From contig CAXXPZ010000034.1 in assembly GCA_963422555.2 (NCBI GenBank), forward strand, positions 13,069 through 77,068: a stretch of DNA of 64,000 nt, in the 5' to 3' direction. The notes under the pieces were generated by a model that had not been told where the DNA came from, ran no database searches, and saw only the letters and a program-made list of their open reading frames with translations. Made by a program: the position numbers and the translations under genes. This document shows positions 13,235-23,244 of this stretch, one piece after another; positions within the stretch are counted from its first letter, which is position 1; each line of letters opens with the position of its first letter. This stretch comes from an uncultured Ruegeria sp. GTDB lineage: Bacteria > Pseudomonadota > Alphaproteobacteria > Rhodobacterales > Rhodobacteraceae.

Positions 13235-14143
13235 ATGACGCAGCCAAAATCCATCGATGCCGTGCAGCAGATGCTGAAAGATCAAGGCTATGTCTGTGGT
13301 CGGGCACTGGCCACCGTTGTGTTTCTGTCGCTGAAACTGGGGCGTCCGCTGTTTCTGGAAGGTGAGGCCGGGGTCGGCAAGACCGAGATTGCCAAATCAC
13401 TGGCCGCCGGATTGGGTCGCCGCCTGATCCGTCTGCAATGCTACGAGGGGCTGGATGCGTCTTCGGCCGTTTACGAATGGAACTTTCCGGCCCAGATGGT
13501 GGCGATCCGCACCGCCGAGGCCTCGGGCGGGGCCGAACGGGGCGCGTTGCAGACCGAGCTGTTCTCAGACGATTATCTGATCGAACGCCCTTTGCTGCAG
13601 GCGATGCGGCCCGACGAAAACGGCGCGCCAGTTCTACTGATCGACGAGTTGGACCGCACCGATGAGCCGTTCGAGGCCTTCCTGCTTGAGGCGCTCAGCG
13701 ATTTTCAGGTCACCATCCCCGAACTCGGCACCATTCAGGCCCCGGAACCGCCCATCGTCATCGTCACCTCGAACCGCACGCGCGAAGTGCATGACGCATT
13801 GAAACGCCGATGCCTGTATCACTGGGTCGACTATCCGGATTTCGACCGCGAGATCGAAATCCTGCACGCCCGCGCCCCGGAAGCCGCCGAGGCGCTGAGC
13901 CGCGAGGTCGTGGCCTTTGTCCAGCGCCTGCGCACAGAGGATCTGTTCAAAAAACCCGGCGTGGCCGAGACCATCGATTGGGCCAAGTGCCTGTTGGCCT
14001 TGGACGTCATCAACCTCAGCCCCGAAGTGATTGGCGACACGCTGGGCGCGATCCTGAAATACCAGGACGACATCCAGAAACTGCAGGGATCCGAGGCCAA
14101 ACGGATACTTGATGAGGCCAAGACCCACCTCGAACCCGCCTGA
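13235..14143 (+). CDS. coxD: MoxR-type AAA+ ATPase (CoxD-like)
   Basis: GEAGVGKT Walker A, LLIDELD Walker B, TSNRTREVHDALKRRC. Confidence 0.85.
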   Translation: MTQPKSIDAVQQMLKDQGYVCGRALATVVFLSLKLGRPLFLEGEAGVGKTEIAKSLAAGLGRRLIRLQCYEGLDASSAVYEWNFPAQMVAIRTAEASGGAERGALQTELFSDDYLIERPLLQAMRPDENGAPVLLIDELDRTDEPFEAFLLEALSDFQVTIPELGTIQAPEPPIVIVTSNRTREVHDALKRRCLYHWVDYPDFDREIEILHARAPEAAEALSREVVAFVQRLRTEDLFKKPGVAETIDWAKCLLALDVINLSPEVIGDTLGAILKYQDDIQKLQGSEAKRILDEAKTHLEPA

Positions 14144-14145
14144 TG

Positions 14146-14192
14146 CTTCATCTTTTTCCAAATACTCCGGGGGTATGGGGGCAGCGCCCCCA
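14146..14192 (+). repeat. Intergenic REP/RPE-like repeat, copy 1
   Basis: CTTCATCT..AAATAC..GGGGGT.TGGGGGC...GCCCCCA; 37/47 identical to the reverse complement of 25620-25666. Confidence 0.7.
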
Positions 14193-14201
14193 TGAACGGT
14201 A

Positions 14202-15458
14202 ATGGCCGAACACCTTACGCTGGATATCCCCGATAACCCCAAACTGGCGCAGAATATCACCCACTTTGCCCGGGCGTTGCGCAAGGCAGGCCTGCCGATT
14301 GGCACTGGTCGGGTGGTCGACGCGATCCGCGCGGTCGAAGCGGCCGGGTTCACCGAAAAACGCGATTTCTACTGGACGCTGCACGCCTGTTTCGTGAACC
14401 GCCCTGAACATCGCACCGTATTTGCCCAGGTCTTTCGCCTGTATTGGCGCGACCCGCGGTATCTGGAACACATGATGGCCATGATGCTGCCCGCCATTCG
14501 CGGCGTTCAGGAGGAGCGCAAAGCCGACGCAGGCGAAAAACGCGCCGCCGAAGCGCTGCTGGACGGGGTCGAACGTGATCTGCCCGAGACCCAACCGCAA
14601 GACGAAGGCAGCGAGATCGAGATTGATGCGACCCAGACCGCGTCCTCGGAAGAGCGGCTGCGCAACTTGGATTTCGAACAGATGAGCACCGCCGAAATCG
14701 CTCAGGCCAAACGCGCTCTGGCGCGGATGACATTGCCGGTCAAACCGATCCAGTCCCGCCGGGGACAGGCCAGTCATCTGGGACATCGCATCGACCGGGC
14801 CCGCACCCTGCGGCCCGCCATGCAGCAGGGCGGCGAATTGCGTGACATCGCGCGGATGCAGCCCAAACCACGTTGGCCGAACCTAGTGGCGCTGTGCGAC
14901 ATCTCAGGCTCGATGAGCCAGTACAGCCGGATCATCCTGCATTTCCTGCACACGGTATCGAACGCCAAAGGTGCCGGTTGGGCCAAAGTGCACGCGTTTA
15001 TCTTTGGCACGCGGCTGACCAACATCACCCGTCACCTGCATCAGCGCGACGTCGACGCAGCTCTTACTGCCGCCGGGGCCGAGGCGCAGGACTGGGAAGG
15101 TGGCACCCGGATCGGCGACTGCCTGCATCAGTTCAATCGCGACTGGTCGCGGCGTGTCATGGGGCAGGGGGCAATGGTCCTGCTGATCACGGACGGTCTC
15201 GAGCGCGGCGAACCGGACCAGCTTGCGGCAGAGATCGAGCGTCTGCACCTGTCATCCCGGCGTCTGATCTGGTTGAACCCACTGCTCAGATGGGATGGCT
15301 TTGCCCCCAAGGCGCAGGGTATCCTGACGATGTTGCCCCATGTCGACAGTTTTCGTGCGGGGCATTCGATTGCCTCGCTCCAGGATCTGGCCGCCGTGAT
15401 CTCGCAACCCGACGACCAGGGGCAGAAAGCACGGCTGATGGCCGCACTTTCTGGCTAA
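14202..15458 (+). CDS. coxE: VWA-domain CoxE-like protein
   Basis: CDISGSMS MIDAS, GGTRIG, ITDGL and WLNPLL motifs. Confidence 0.85.
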   Translation: MAEHLTLDIPDNPKLAQNITHFARALRKAGLPIGTGRVVDAIRAVEAAGFTEKRDFYWTLHACFVNRPEHRTVFAQVFRLYWRDPRYLEHMMAMMLPAIRGVQEERKADAGEKRAAEALLDGVERDLPETQPQDEGSEIEIDATQTASSEERLRNLDFEQMSTAEIAQAKRALARMTLPVKPIQSRRGQASHLGHRIDRARTLRPAMQQGGELRDIARMQPKPRWPNLVALCDISGSMSQYSRIILHFLHTVSNAKGAGWAKVHAFIFGTRLTNITRHLHQRDVDAALTAAGAEAQDWEGGTRIGDCLHQFNRDWSRRVMGQGAMVLLITDGLERGEPDQLAAEIERLHLSSRRLIWLNPLLRWDGFAPKAQGILTMLPHVDSFRAGHSIASLQDLAAVISQPDDQGQKARLMAALSG

Positions 15459-15461
15459 GCG

Positions 15462-15962
15462 TTACGACAGCTGTTCTTCGTTACACTTGCGGGCCATTTC
15501 CATGGCCTTGTAGGTGCCGGTCAGATCGACCGTAAACGCAAATTCCTTTTCCGGAAAAACGATCATGACCTCTTTCTTGGCAAGATCATCGGCAAATTGG
15601 GGGTCGTCGGACAGCACATATCCACCCGAATAGCCCTTGGTGATATTGCCTTTCATCCCCGTCGCTTCGCCGACATAGATATTTTCACCCAAAAGGATGG
15701 CGACGGCCTCTTTCTCACCGCGCTTGATATCGGTCTTGGCCTTGGTAAAGACGCCGACATAGCCAACGCCGCGATCTTCGGTCAGGCCCATCTGTACGAC
15801 GTTTTCCGAGGCGTCGACCGCTTCGATCAGGCAGGATTTCTTGTCCTCGTCGATAAAGACTTTCCAGCCTTCAACCTCTCCATATTTCAGAAATGTATCC
15901 GCCGAGACGGCCGTGGCAGTGGCCAGTCCGATCATCGTGGCCATCGAGATAATGCGTTTCAA
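15462..15962 (-). CDS. Hypothetical secreted protein
   Basis: TTG start with GGAG RBS; signal-peptide-like LKRIISMATMIGLATATAVSA; coding-like codon use. Confidence 0.65.
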   Translation of the reverse strand: MKRIISMATMIGLATATAVSADTFLKYGEVEGWKVFIDEDKKSCLIEAVDASENVVQMGLTEDRGVGYVGVFTKAKTDIKRGEKEAVAILLGENIYVGEATGMKGNITKGYSGGYVLSDDPQFADDLAKKEVMIVFPEKEFAFTVDLTGTYKAMEMARKCNEEQLS

Positions 15963-16254
15963 CTCTCTGTCTCCGTTTTGAAATTTGCAGGGGGCTGCGC
16001 AGCAAAAATCAGGCTGCGCATGGTTCACGCTAAAACCCGCAGGCAACATAATCAATGCTTTGTGTATGTGAATGCCTGATCCGAGGGAAAATCCACTCAT
16101 GCCACGCCGTGGACCGACTGATTGCACTAAGGATTTCGCCTTGCGTGTGCGGCCATGGCCAGTCGGTGCATTTGGATCAGACCTATTCCGCTGTGGCTGC
16201 TTTTCATTGCGCCAAACCTCCCTATGTTGGATCGCAAGACTGCCGGAGGATTTG

Positions 16255-17223
16255 ATGGACAGATTTGACAACAGCCCGGAAACCGCACTGAACTGGTATC
16301 GCTCTGGCAAGGGCGCGGCGCTGGCCACTGTTGTGCAGGCCTGGGGCAGCGCGCCCAGACGGGTTGGCTCGCAACTGGTGATCGGTGGCGATGGCCGGAT
16401 CGAAGGGTCGGTATCGGGCGGCTGCGTCGAAGGTGCTGTGATCGTCGAGGCGCTGGAAGCCGTCGAAGAGGGCGAGGCCCGTCTGTTGGAATTCGGCGTC
16501 AGCGACGAAGATGCCTTTGCCGTGGGTCTGGCCTGTGGCGGTACGATCCGGGTGCTGGTGGAACCTGTTGGCAAGGTGCTGCCCGAAGCGATGCTGGCCG
16601 ATCTGATCGCGGCGCGCGCTGAACGTCAGCCGATTGCCTATGAGGTCAATGTCGAAACCGGCCATCGGGCCTTGCGGCGGAACGCCTATTCCGAACGTCT
16701 GCGCATGGACCGATCCGGATTCGAGGACGACGGTCAGACATTTGTCGCGGTTCACAACCCTCCGCTGCGGCTGATCGTGGTGGGGGCGGTTCACATCGCG
16801 CAGGCACTGGTCCCGATGGCGCGGATTGCCGGATATGACCCGGCCATCGTCGATCCGCGCGAAGCCTTTGCCTCGAACGCTAGGTTTCCGGGTGAGAAAA
16901 TCCTGACCGATTGGCCGGATGAGGCCGTGACGCGGCTGGGTCTGGATTCGCGGACGGCGATTGTGTTGCTGACCCATGATCCGAAACTGGACGATCCGGC
17001 CCTGCAGGCTGCCTTGCAGGCGAATGTGTTTTATATCGGTGCGCTGGGATCAGCACGCACGCATGCGAAACGAGTTGAACGGATGACGCAGGCCGGGTTC
17101 ACCGCGGATCAGATCGCGCAGATACATGGCCCGATTGGTCTGGATATCGGTGCAGCGGATCCGTCGGAAATCGCCGTTGCGATTCTGGCGCAAATGACCG
17201 CCGTTCTGCGGGGCAAGGCGTGA
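16255..17223 (+). CDS. XdhC/CoxI family molybdoenzyme maturation factor
   Basis: GSAPR, GSVSGGCVE, GLACGG, FYIGALGS and PIGLDIGA motifs. Confidence 0.9.
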   Translation: MDRFDNSPETALNWYRSGKGAALATVVQAWGSAPRRVGSQLVIGGDGRIEGSVSGGCVEGAVIVEALEAVEEGEARLLEFGVSDEDAFAVGLACGGTIRVLVEPVGKVLPEAMLADLIAARAERQPIAYEVNVETGHRALRRNAYSERLRMDRSGFEDDGQTFVAVHNPPLRLIVVGAVHIAQALVPMARIAGYDPAIVDPREAFASNARFPGEKILTDWPDEAVTRLGLDSRTAIVLLTHDPKLDDPALQAALQANVFYIGALGSARTHAKRVERMTQAGFTADQIAQIHGPIGLDIGAADPSEIAVAILAQMTAVLRGKA

Positions 17224-18221
17224 AATTCGGCCCGGTTCCTGTCGGGCAGGCAAGCGGTGCGATTCTGGCGCATTCGGTCAAGGTCGGGGATCGAAAGCTG
17301 CGCAAGGGGCTCGCCCTGACAGACGAGCATCTGGCGCTGATGGATCAGGCGGGCTTGTCCGAGGTGACGGTTGCGCGGTTGGAACCCGGCGATTGTCACG
17401 AGGACGAGGCTGCCCGGATGCTGGCCGCCGCCTTGGCTCCTGACCCCGCACAGGCCAATTTGCGCGTGACCGAGGCGTTCACCGGGCGCGTGAACTTGCT
17501 GGCGGGCGGTCCCGGGGTGGCTGTGCTGGATGTGGCGGCCTTGCAGCGCTTCAACCAGATCAACCCGATGATCACGGTGGCAACCGTTCCGCAATATCAG
17601 CAGATGACCACAGGCGGCATGGTGGCGACGATCAAGGTCATCTCATATGCCGTTCCGGGCGCTGACGTTCTTTATGCCGCACAGTTGGCTCAGGGCGCGA
17701 TCCGGCTGGCAACACCGGTGTTTCGCACAGCCGGTCTGGTCGTGACCGACATTCCCGGCGGCCCGCCCAATGAAAAGGGCATTGCCGCCATTCGCGGACG
17801 GGTCGAAGCCTTGGGGATGGAACTGGCCGATGTGCAGATCGTTCCCCATCGCTCGCCCGAGATTGCCGGGGCGCTGGCACAGGTTCAAGGCGACGTGGCG
17901 ATGATCTTGACCGGATCGGCGACGTCGGACGAAAACGATGTGGCGCCCGCGGCAGTCCGCGCTGCTGGCGGCGCGGTTGATCGGTTTGGAATGCCCGTCG
18001 ACCCCGGCAATCTGCTGTTCCTCGGAGAATTGCAGAATCGGTCAATCATCGGTCTGCCCGGATGCGCCCGTTCGCCTGCCTTGAACGGCGCAGATTGGGT
18101 GCTGTCCCGCGTGGCCTGCGGAATCGAAACAACCGGCGATGACATCGCGGGTATGGGGGTTGGAGGGCTTCTCAAGGAAATCCCGACCAGACCGCAACCG
18201 CGCGCAGCAAAAACCAAGTGA
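17220..18221 (+). CDS. Molybdopterin-binding (MoeA-like) accessory protein
   Basis: MKFGPV..GAILAHS, GMPVDPGNLL, GLPGCARSP; location in cox cluster. Confidence 0.8.
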   Translation: MKFGPVPVGQASGAILAHSVKVGDRKLRKGLALTDEHLALMDQAGLSEVTVARLEPGDCHEDEAARMLAAALAPDPAQANLRVTEAFTGRVNLLAGGPGVAVLDVAALQRFNQINPMITVATVPQYQQMTTGGMVATIKVISYAVPGADVLYAAQLAQGAIRLATPVFRTAGLVVTDIPGGPPNEKGIAAIRGRVEALGMELADVQIVPHRSPEIAGALAQVQGDVAMILTGSATSDENDVAPAAVRAAGGAVDRFGMPVDPGNLLFLGELQNRSIIGLPGCARSPALNGADWVLSRVACGIETTGDDIAGMGVGGLLKEIPTRPQPRAAKTK

Positions 18222-18376
18222 CGTAACGGCACTTTTGCCTGATCGTTGCATTGCCCCAGTATCAGGAGGCTGAGCGGCAAAGATGCTGAAAAATCGCGCA
18301 AATATTTTTGTTCTCAAACAAAATTTCCCGTGTTTAACTCAGGGCTAACGAAAATACACCAAATAGGGAGGATCTC

Positions 18377-18862
18377 ATGACACAGGTCTCTATGACCGTG
18401 AACGGCAAAGCCGTTAGCGGCAACGTCGAGGGTCGGACATTGCTGTCCAGCTTTCTGCGGGAAAACCTGTCGCTGACCGGTACCCATGTTGGCTGCGACA
18501 CCGCGCAATGCGGGGCGTGCGTGGTACATGTGAATGGCGAAGCGGTAAAATCATGCAACATGCTGGCGCTGGAGGCTGACGGATCGGATGTTGGCACCAT
18601 CGAAGGTCAGGCCGATGCGGACGGGTCGCTGAATGTGATCCAACAGGCGTTTCAGGATCATCACGGTCTGCAATGCGGATTCTGCACGCCGGGCATGGTG
18701 ATGAGCGCCGCCTCGCTGCTGAAAGAAAACCCGCGCCCGACCGAGGACGAGGTGCGCAAGTATCTTGAGGGCAATCTGTGCCGGTGCACGGGGTATCACA
18801 ACATCGTCAAAGCGATCATGGCCGCATCCGGTCAGGACGTCAGCAGCATCGCCGCTGAATAA
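18377..18862 (+). CDS. coxS: CO/xanthine dehydrogenase small (2Fe-2S) subunit
   Basis: [18 protein letters not shown] and GNLCRCTGY motifs. Confidence 0.92.
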   Translation: MTQVSMTVNGKAVSGNVEGRTLLSSFLRENLSLTGTHVGCDTAQCGACVVHVNGEAVKSCNMLALEADGSDVGTIEGQADADGSLNVIQQAFQDHHGLQCGFCTPGMVMSAASLLKENPRPTEDEVRKYLEGNLCRCTGYHNIVKAIMAASGQDVSSIAAE

Positions 18863-18988
18863 CGCGGCCAAAAAGAATTTTCGACGAAAATTCTGTAACT
18901 GCCCAGGTGGTCTGACTGCGACGATTTGAATCGGGCCATGCGGGTTATTTTTGTTTCTTGGTTAGCGTTTCTGTGACTCGATAGGCGT

Positions 18989-20551
18989 ATGGATACTGCT
19001 CACCTGACCCGCAGCCGGCTTGCGACCTTCTCAAAGTCAAATCTGATTGATCTGGTCATTGTTCTGGCGGAGCAGAACGCGGCCTTGCGCACCAAGATCG
19101 AGAGGCTTGAAGAGCAGATCGCGGATATCACCGAACAAAACGCCCAACTTTTCAAGCAAAACGTAGAGCTGGAGAAGGCCAACAAAACCCTCGCACAGCG
19201 CGTAGAGGACCTGGAGCGCCGCCTTGGGCTTAACAGCTCAAACAGCGGCAAGCCTCCCTCAAGCGATGGGCTGTCGAAGCCTGCGCGCAAGAAGCGAACC
19301 AGAAGTTTGCGCGGGTCCTGCGGGCGCAAGTCCGGAGGTCAGCCCGGCCATCCCGGCAAGACGCTGCGCCAGACCTCGACGCCGGAGCAGATCATCGATC
19401 ACTACCCACACATCTGTCCGGACTGTAAGCACAGGCTGTCTGGCGTTGTTTGCGACCGGTATGTGAGGCGACAGGTCTTTGACCTGCCACCCCCACCGCC
19501 GCTTATTGTCACTGAGCACAGGGCGCGTGTCTGCGTCTGCCCGGCCTGTGGCACCCGGGTGCAGGCCACGTTTCCCGCAGGGGTGAACGCCCCGGTGCAG
19601 TATGGCGACAACCTTGCCGCCATGGCGAGCTATCTTCAAACCCGGCACTGCATCCCTGACAACCGCCTGGCGCAGATATTTTCCGACCTTCACGGGGTCG
19701 ACATTTCCGCAGCAACGCTGGCGTCGCTCGTCGCCAGAACCGCGGCTGTAATGCGGCCCGTTGTCAACAGGATTCAAGCGTTGTTGTGCGGCCCAGACGT
19801 TGCGGTGAAGCACATGGATGAGACCGGCCTGCGCATCAACGGCAAGACCCGGTGGCTCCACATCCTGTGCTCACCAGACTTGAGCCATTTCCGGATTGGC
19901 CGTAGCAGAGGCGATGTGACGCAGGAGGTGACCGGAAGTGTCGTTCACGACAACTGGGCGTCCTACAGAAAGATCCCCGGAGTGCGTCACGCCTTATGCA
20001 ACGCCCATCACCTTCGGGAATTGCAGGCTTTGATCGACATTGAGAAAGAGCCATGGGCCACGGAGATGCGCTCCATTCTGCTGGACGCCAAAACAGCCGC
20101 AGACAGGGCGCGAGACCGGAATTCCCGCGCGGTGGTGCCCGCCCGGATTGCTGCCATCGAACGCCGATATGACGCATGTTGCCAGACGGCCATCCGGATG
20201 CACGAGGCGCTTCCCCCGCTGGTCCCGGACAAGGTCGGCAAAACGCGGCGAGGCAAACCAAAGCGCAGGATCGGACATAATCTCGCGCTGCGGATGCAAA
20301 CCCGCAAAGAAGAGGTTCTGCTCTTCCTCAACGACCTGAGTGTGCCGTTTACAAACAATGAAGCCGAAAGGGACCTTCGCATGACCAAGGTCCGTCAAAA
20401 AGTGTCGGGATGCTTCCGAACTCACGTCGGCGCAGAAAACTTCTGCACGCTTCGAACCGTCATTGAGACGGCGCGCAAGCAGGGGTGGAGCATACTCGAA
20501 ACCTTGAGAACTCTCCCCGATCAACTCATCCTGAACCTCAAACCATGCTGA
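18989..20551 (+). CDS. IS66 family transposase (single-ORF ISBst12 group)
   Basis: Coiled coil, LNSSNSGKPPSSD, CPDC/CPAC zinc finger, HMDETG, LCNAHHLRE, TNNEAERDLR. Confidence 0.93.
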   Translation: MDTAHLTRSRLATFSKSNLIDLVIVLAEQNAALRTKIERLEEQIADITEQNAQLFKQNVELEKANKTLAQRVEDLERRLGLNSSNSGKPPSSDGLSKPARKKRTRSLRGSCGRKSGGQPGHPGKTLRQTSTPEQIIDHYPHICPDCKHRLSGVVCDRYVRRQVFDLPPPPPLIVTEHRARVCVCPACGTRVQATFPAGVNAPVQYGDNLAAMASYLQTRHCIPDNRLAQIFSDLHGVDISAATLASLVARTAAVMRPVVNRIQALLCGPDVAVKHMDETGLRINGKTRWLHILCSPDLSHFRIGRSRGDVTQEVTGSVVHDNWASYRKIPGVRHALCNAHHLRELQALIDIEKEPWATEMRSILLDAKTAADRARDRNSRAVVPARIAAIERRYDACCQTAIRMHEALPPLVPDKVGKTRRGKPKRRIGHNLALRMQTRKEEVLLFLNDLSVPFTNNEAERDLRMTKVRQKVSGCFRTHVGAENFCTLRTVIETARKQGWSILETLRTLPDQLILNLKPC

Positions 20552-20566
20552 CCAATTCCGGGCTTG

Positions 20567-23011
20567 TCAGGTCGTTGTAGTTGGAGAGTTACTCTGACTA
20601 CAGTTGACCGCCGCGCGGAGGCTGGCTGCAATGCTAGTGGCCTCTGGCACAGCGTCTGCCACTTCAAGTAAGCGCTTGATTGCAGAGATGTCGTTCGCAT
20701 ATTGCTGTCTTCGTCTGGTGTAGCTATCGCGGGTCTTGGTGCAGATGAGCGTATAAGGACTACCCTTGCGTTCAGTTTCACAACTCAAATCCGCACCCGC
20801 TCTTTCGATCACGGACCGCAGATGCGACCGCAACTCCCTTCTCACTGGAATTTGATGTGTGGTTGTAACCGGATCTGCACAAAATCGAACAAGTTCGGCA
20901 CAGTATTCGCACCCGCACCCCAAGTCATTTGAGCTAACGACCCAATCGGTCGGTTCAGGAGGTGTGGTACGACTGCGAGCCAGCAGGACGTTGGCCGAGT
21001 GCCGCCAAAACCGCGCGAATGCCTCACTTTCTGATGCCTGCGCGTGAAACGACGTGCCCAATTTTGCCAGAACGGGTGGCAAGGTGCGATCAGGCGGCAC
21101 GATGTCGGGCGCGTTGACAAGATTGCCAACCACCCCAGCAAGGCTGCTTTCCAAATCAAAACTCCAGGCCAACTGAAAAATTTCCCGGAGCGTGCGTTCA
21201 GGCAAAGGCGTGGCAGACTGTCGACGCGACCCGTACCAAAATGGCTCTGCGTTTTTTGGCCGGTGTACGTTGAGCGCGACCGGTATCTCCGAACAAAGGT
21301 GCTTGATAAGATCTTTCAGTGCATTCCGCGTCATGACTTTCTGCCCCTGATCACTTGCCTCACTCAGGCCCATGACCAGATTTATGACAGCTTCTGGCTG
21401 CTCTGTGCATTGTGCGCTAACAAGGCCAAGAAGCCGCTTCAGCATGTCTTTTTCAGCCAATTCCGATGTTGCTTCAATCAGTGCGGCTTTGAGACCCGGT
21501 CCGTAATACGGTATCACAACCCGATCGAGAAATAATTCCGTTGCTTTCCGACTTCCGATACGACAAAGCCGTGACAGCATTACTGCGCCGCTCTCTTGCC
21601 ACTCATCCCGGTCCGAGTAATGCAAGACTTGGGGCGCTGGCCAAGCTTCAGCAATTTCAGCCGCAATGGTGTCAAGCGACAAATCATTCCCGTCAGAGGT
21701 CGCAGCGCGTTGCTCAGACTGTACAAAAAGGACGGAAAGCGCCTTGGCACCGGCTTGGGCAAGAACACGAGGGCCTTCTTTAGCAGGCCAAAGAACAAAG
21801 GCCGCGCTTCGATAGTGTCGCTCAACTGTGGCCCCCTCATTGCCGCTCGCCTCCGTCAAGCGATTCACGTCAGGTTCCCAATTTGTGATCCGTTCTGGTG
21901 GCATCAATTCGTTTTGCGCCAACGCCAGTTGGCCATAAGCGCTCGCGCCCAAATCGGGATGCACCCAATCATCAAGCTCACATCTCCGCTCAATGATATC
22001 ATAGAGTTCGTATTCGTCCGCGCCGATGTCTTCGATTTCCCAGACATAGTCCCGCCCAAGGTAGGCAGCGGCGGCATATTCATCAACATGCACGATGGCC
22101 GCGTGGAGGGAACAGTCAGCCTGTGCCGCAGCTGCAATCAAAGCACGCCCAACCGTTGCATCCGTGTTTTTTAGGGTTTCAAACGACAGACCTGCGATGC
22201 TGTAATCATGCTCGAGAAGCCAGACAAGTTTTTCAGGCGCGTCCGACGTTGCGAAGCAGTTTTTGATCTCCTTCGCAATCTGACCCATAAGATCTGCATA
22301 GTTCGGTGCCGAGGTGGCCACATTTTGACCCGGAGTGAGAACCAAATTGTAAACCAGACAGGCGCGATGACCTTCTGTCACAGGCCTAATTTCATGTTCG
22401 CAATCAGCATAAAAGGCCGCAAAAACCAGTTCGGAAGGATCGTTGCTACACATTTCGACAATCGTCTCTCGACCGCGATGGCGGATGATCAGTTCGCCCC
22501 CTTTCCCTGCAACCGGTAGTGAAACGACCAAGGTCGCCACCATGCCGGTAACCTTCTCGGTATCACGGTGCGGCGCAAAAAAACCGCCTTCCTCGTAAAC
22601 GAGGATTTTGTAAAGTTCCGCGTCGACAGCTTCCGGCGGGTAGCCGAGGCCTTCGGCCGCACGGTTGAGGATGCGATTGAATGTTTCGCCCCAGGTTTCT
22701 CCTCCTACGCTGATTTGATCTGGCGAAACCTGCCAACAGTCACGAACGGACCTGTCCAAAATTGTTTCTGCGCCGCGTCCATATGGTGCGCGTTCACCAA
22801 GTGTGATCAAGTCCTGTAATTGTGCCGGTTGGAGAGGGAATGCGAGGACGCCTGTCGTGTGGTTCCAGATGCGAGGCATTGGGGTAGGAAACCGCCCATA
22901 CACACAATAGTCGCCCGGTCGGTCGATCATCGAGATCAGTTCGGAAAGGGCTGACAGCCGCTCATCGAAAGTAAAGTAACCGCCGTCCACATCACTGGCA
23001 TAATAGCTCAT
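20567..23011 (-). CDS. Large 2OG-Fe(II) oxygenase domain protein (IS passenger)
   Basis: HRD..H..R facial triad (FFAPHRDTEK..CEHEIRPV..GHRACLVYNL), long helical C-terminus with CGCEYC motif. Confidence 0.8.
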   Translation of the reverse strand: MSYYASDVDGGYFTFDERLSALSELISMIDRPGDYCVYGRFPTPMPRIWNHTTGVLAFPLQPAQLQDLITLGERAPYGRGAETILDRSVRDCWQVSPDQISVGGETWGETFNRILNRAAEGLGYPPEAVDAELYKILVYEEGGFFAPHRDTEKVTGMVATLVVSLPVAGKGGELIIRHRGRETIVEMCSNDPSELVFAAFYADCEHEIRPVTEGHRACLVYNLVLTPGQNVATSAPNYADLMGQIAKEIKNCFATSDAPEKLVWLLEHDYSIAGLSFETLKNTDATVGRALIAAAAQADCSLHAAIVHVDEYAAAAYLGRDYVWEIEDIGADEYELYDIIERRCELDDWVHPDLGASAYGQLALAQNELMPPERITNWEPDVNRLTEASGNEGATVERHYRSAAFVLWPAKEGPRVLAQAGAKALSVLFVQSEQRAATSDGNDLSLDTIAAEIAEAWPAPQVLHYSDRDEWQESGAVMLSRLCRIGSRKATELFLDRVVIPYYGPGLKAALIEATSELAEKDMLKRLLGLVSAQCTEQPEAVINLVMGLSEASDQGQKVMTRNALKDLIKHLCSEIPVALNVHRPKNAEPFWYGSRRQSATPLPERTLREIFQLAWSFDLESSLAGVVGNLVNAPDIVPPDRTLPPVLAKLGTSFHAQASESEAFARFWRHSANVLLARSRTTPPEPTDWVVSSNDLGCGCEYCAELVRFCADPVTTTHQIPVRRELRSHLRSVIERAGADLSCETERKGSPYTLICTKTRDSYTRRRQQYANDISAIKRLLEVADAVPEATSIAASLRAAVNCSQSNSPTTTT

Positions 23012-23244
23012 TGATCGCTGACCCCCAAATTGTCATCTCAGGTTTCTATGCAATCTGTTACCCCAAACTTCTGAAATTCGGCAATGCGCCTTTCCGACAT
23101 TTCAGGACGATCCCACGATGATTTTGGTTGATTCTTGCCGATGCAGCGCTCGACCACCTCGTCCGCAAAGAATGTCATATTGAATTCAGTCAGAGGGGTA
23201 GCTGGGTAGTTACGAAAATTCTTTTTTAGGGAGGAGAACAAGCA

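Larger units (their letters stand above)
18895..23213 (+). mobile_element. IS66-family (ISBst12-type) element carrying a passenger gene
   Basis: Left end GTAACTGCCCAG.., right end ..CTGGGTAGTTAC; 9-bp duplication GAAAATTCT at 18886-18894 and 23214-23222. Confidence 0.9.

Noticed and set aside
23038-23178. 46-aa ORF (MTFFADEVVERC..) between the oxygenase and the outer IS66 end
   Set aside because: Short, no clear RBS or motif; may be a captured gene remnant but cannot be supported
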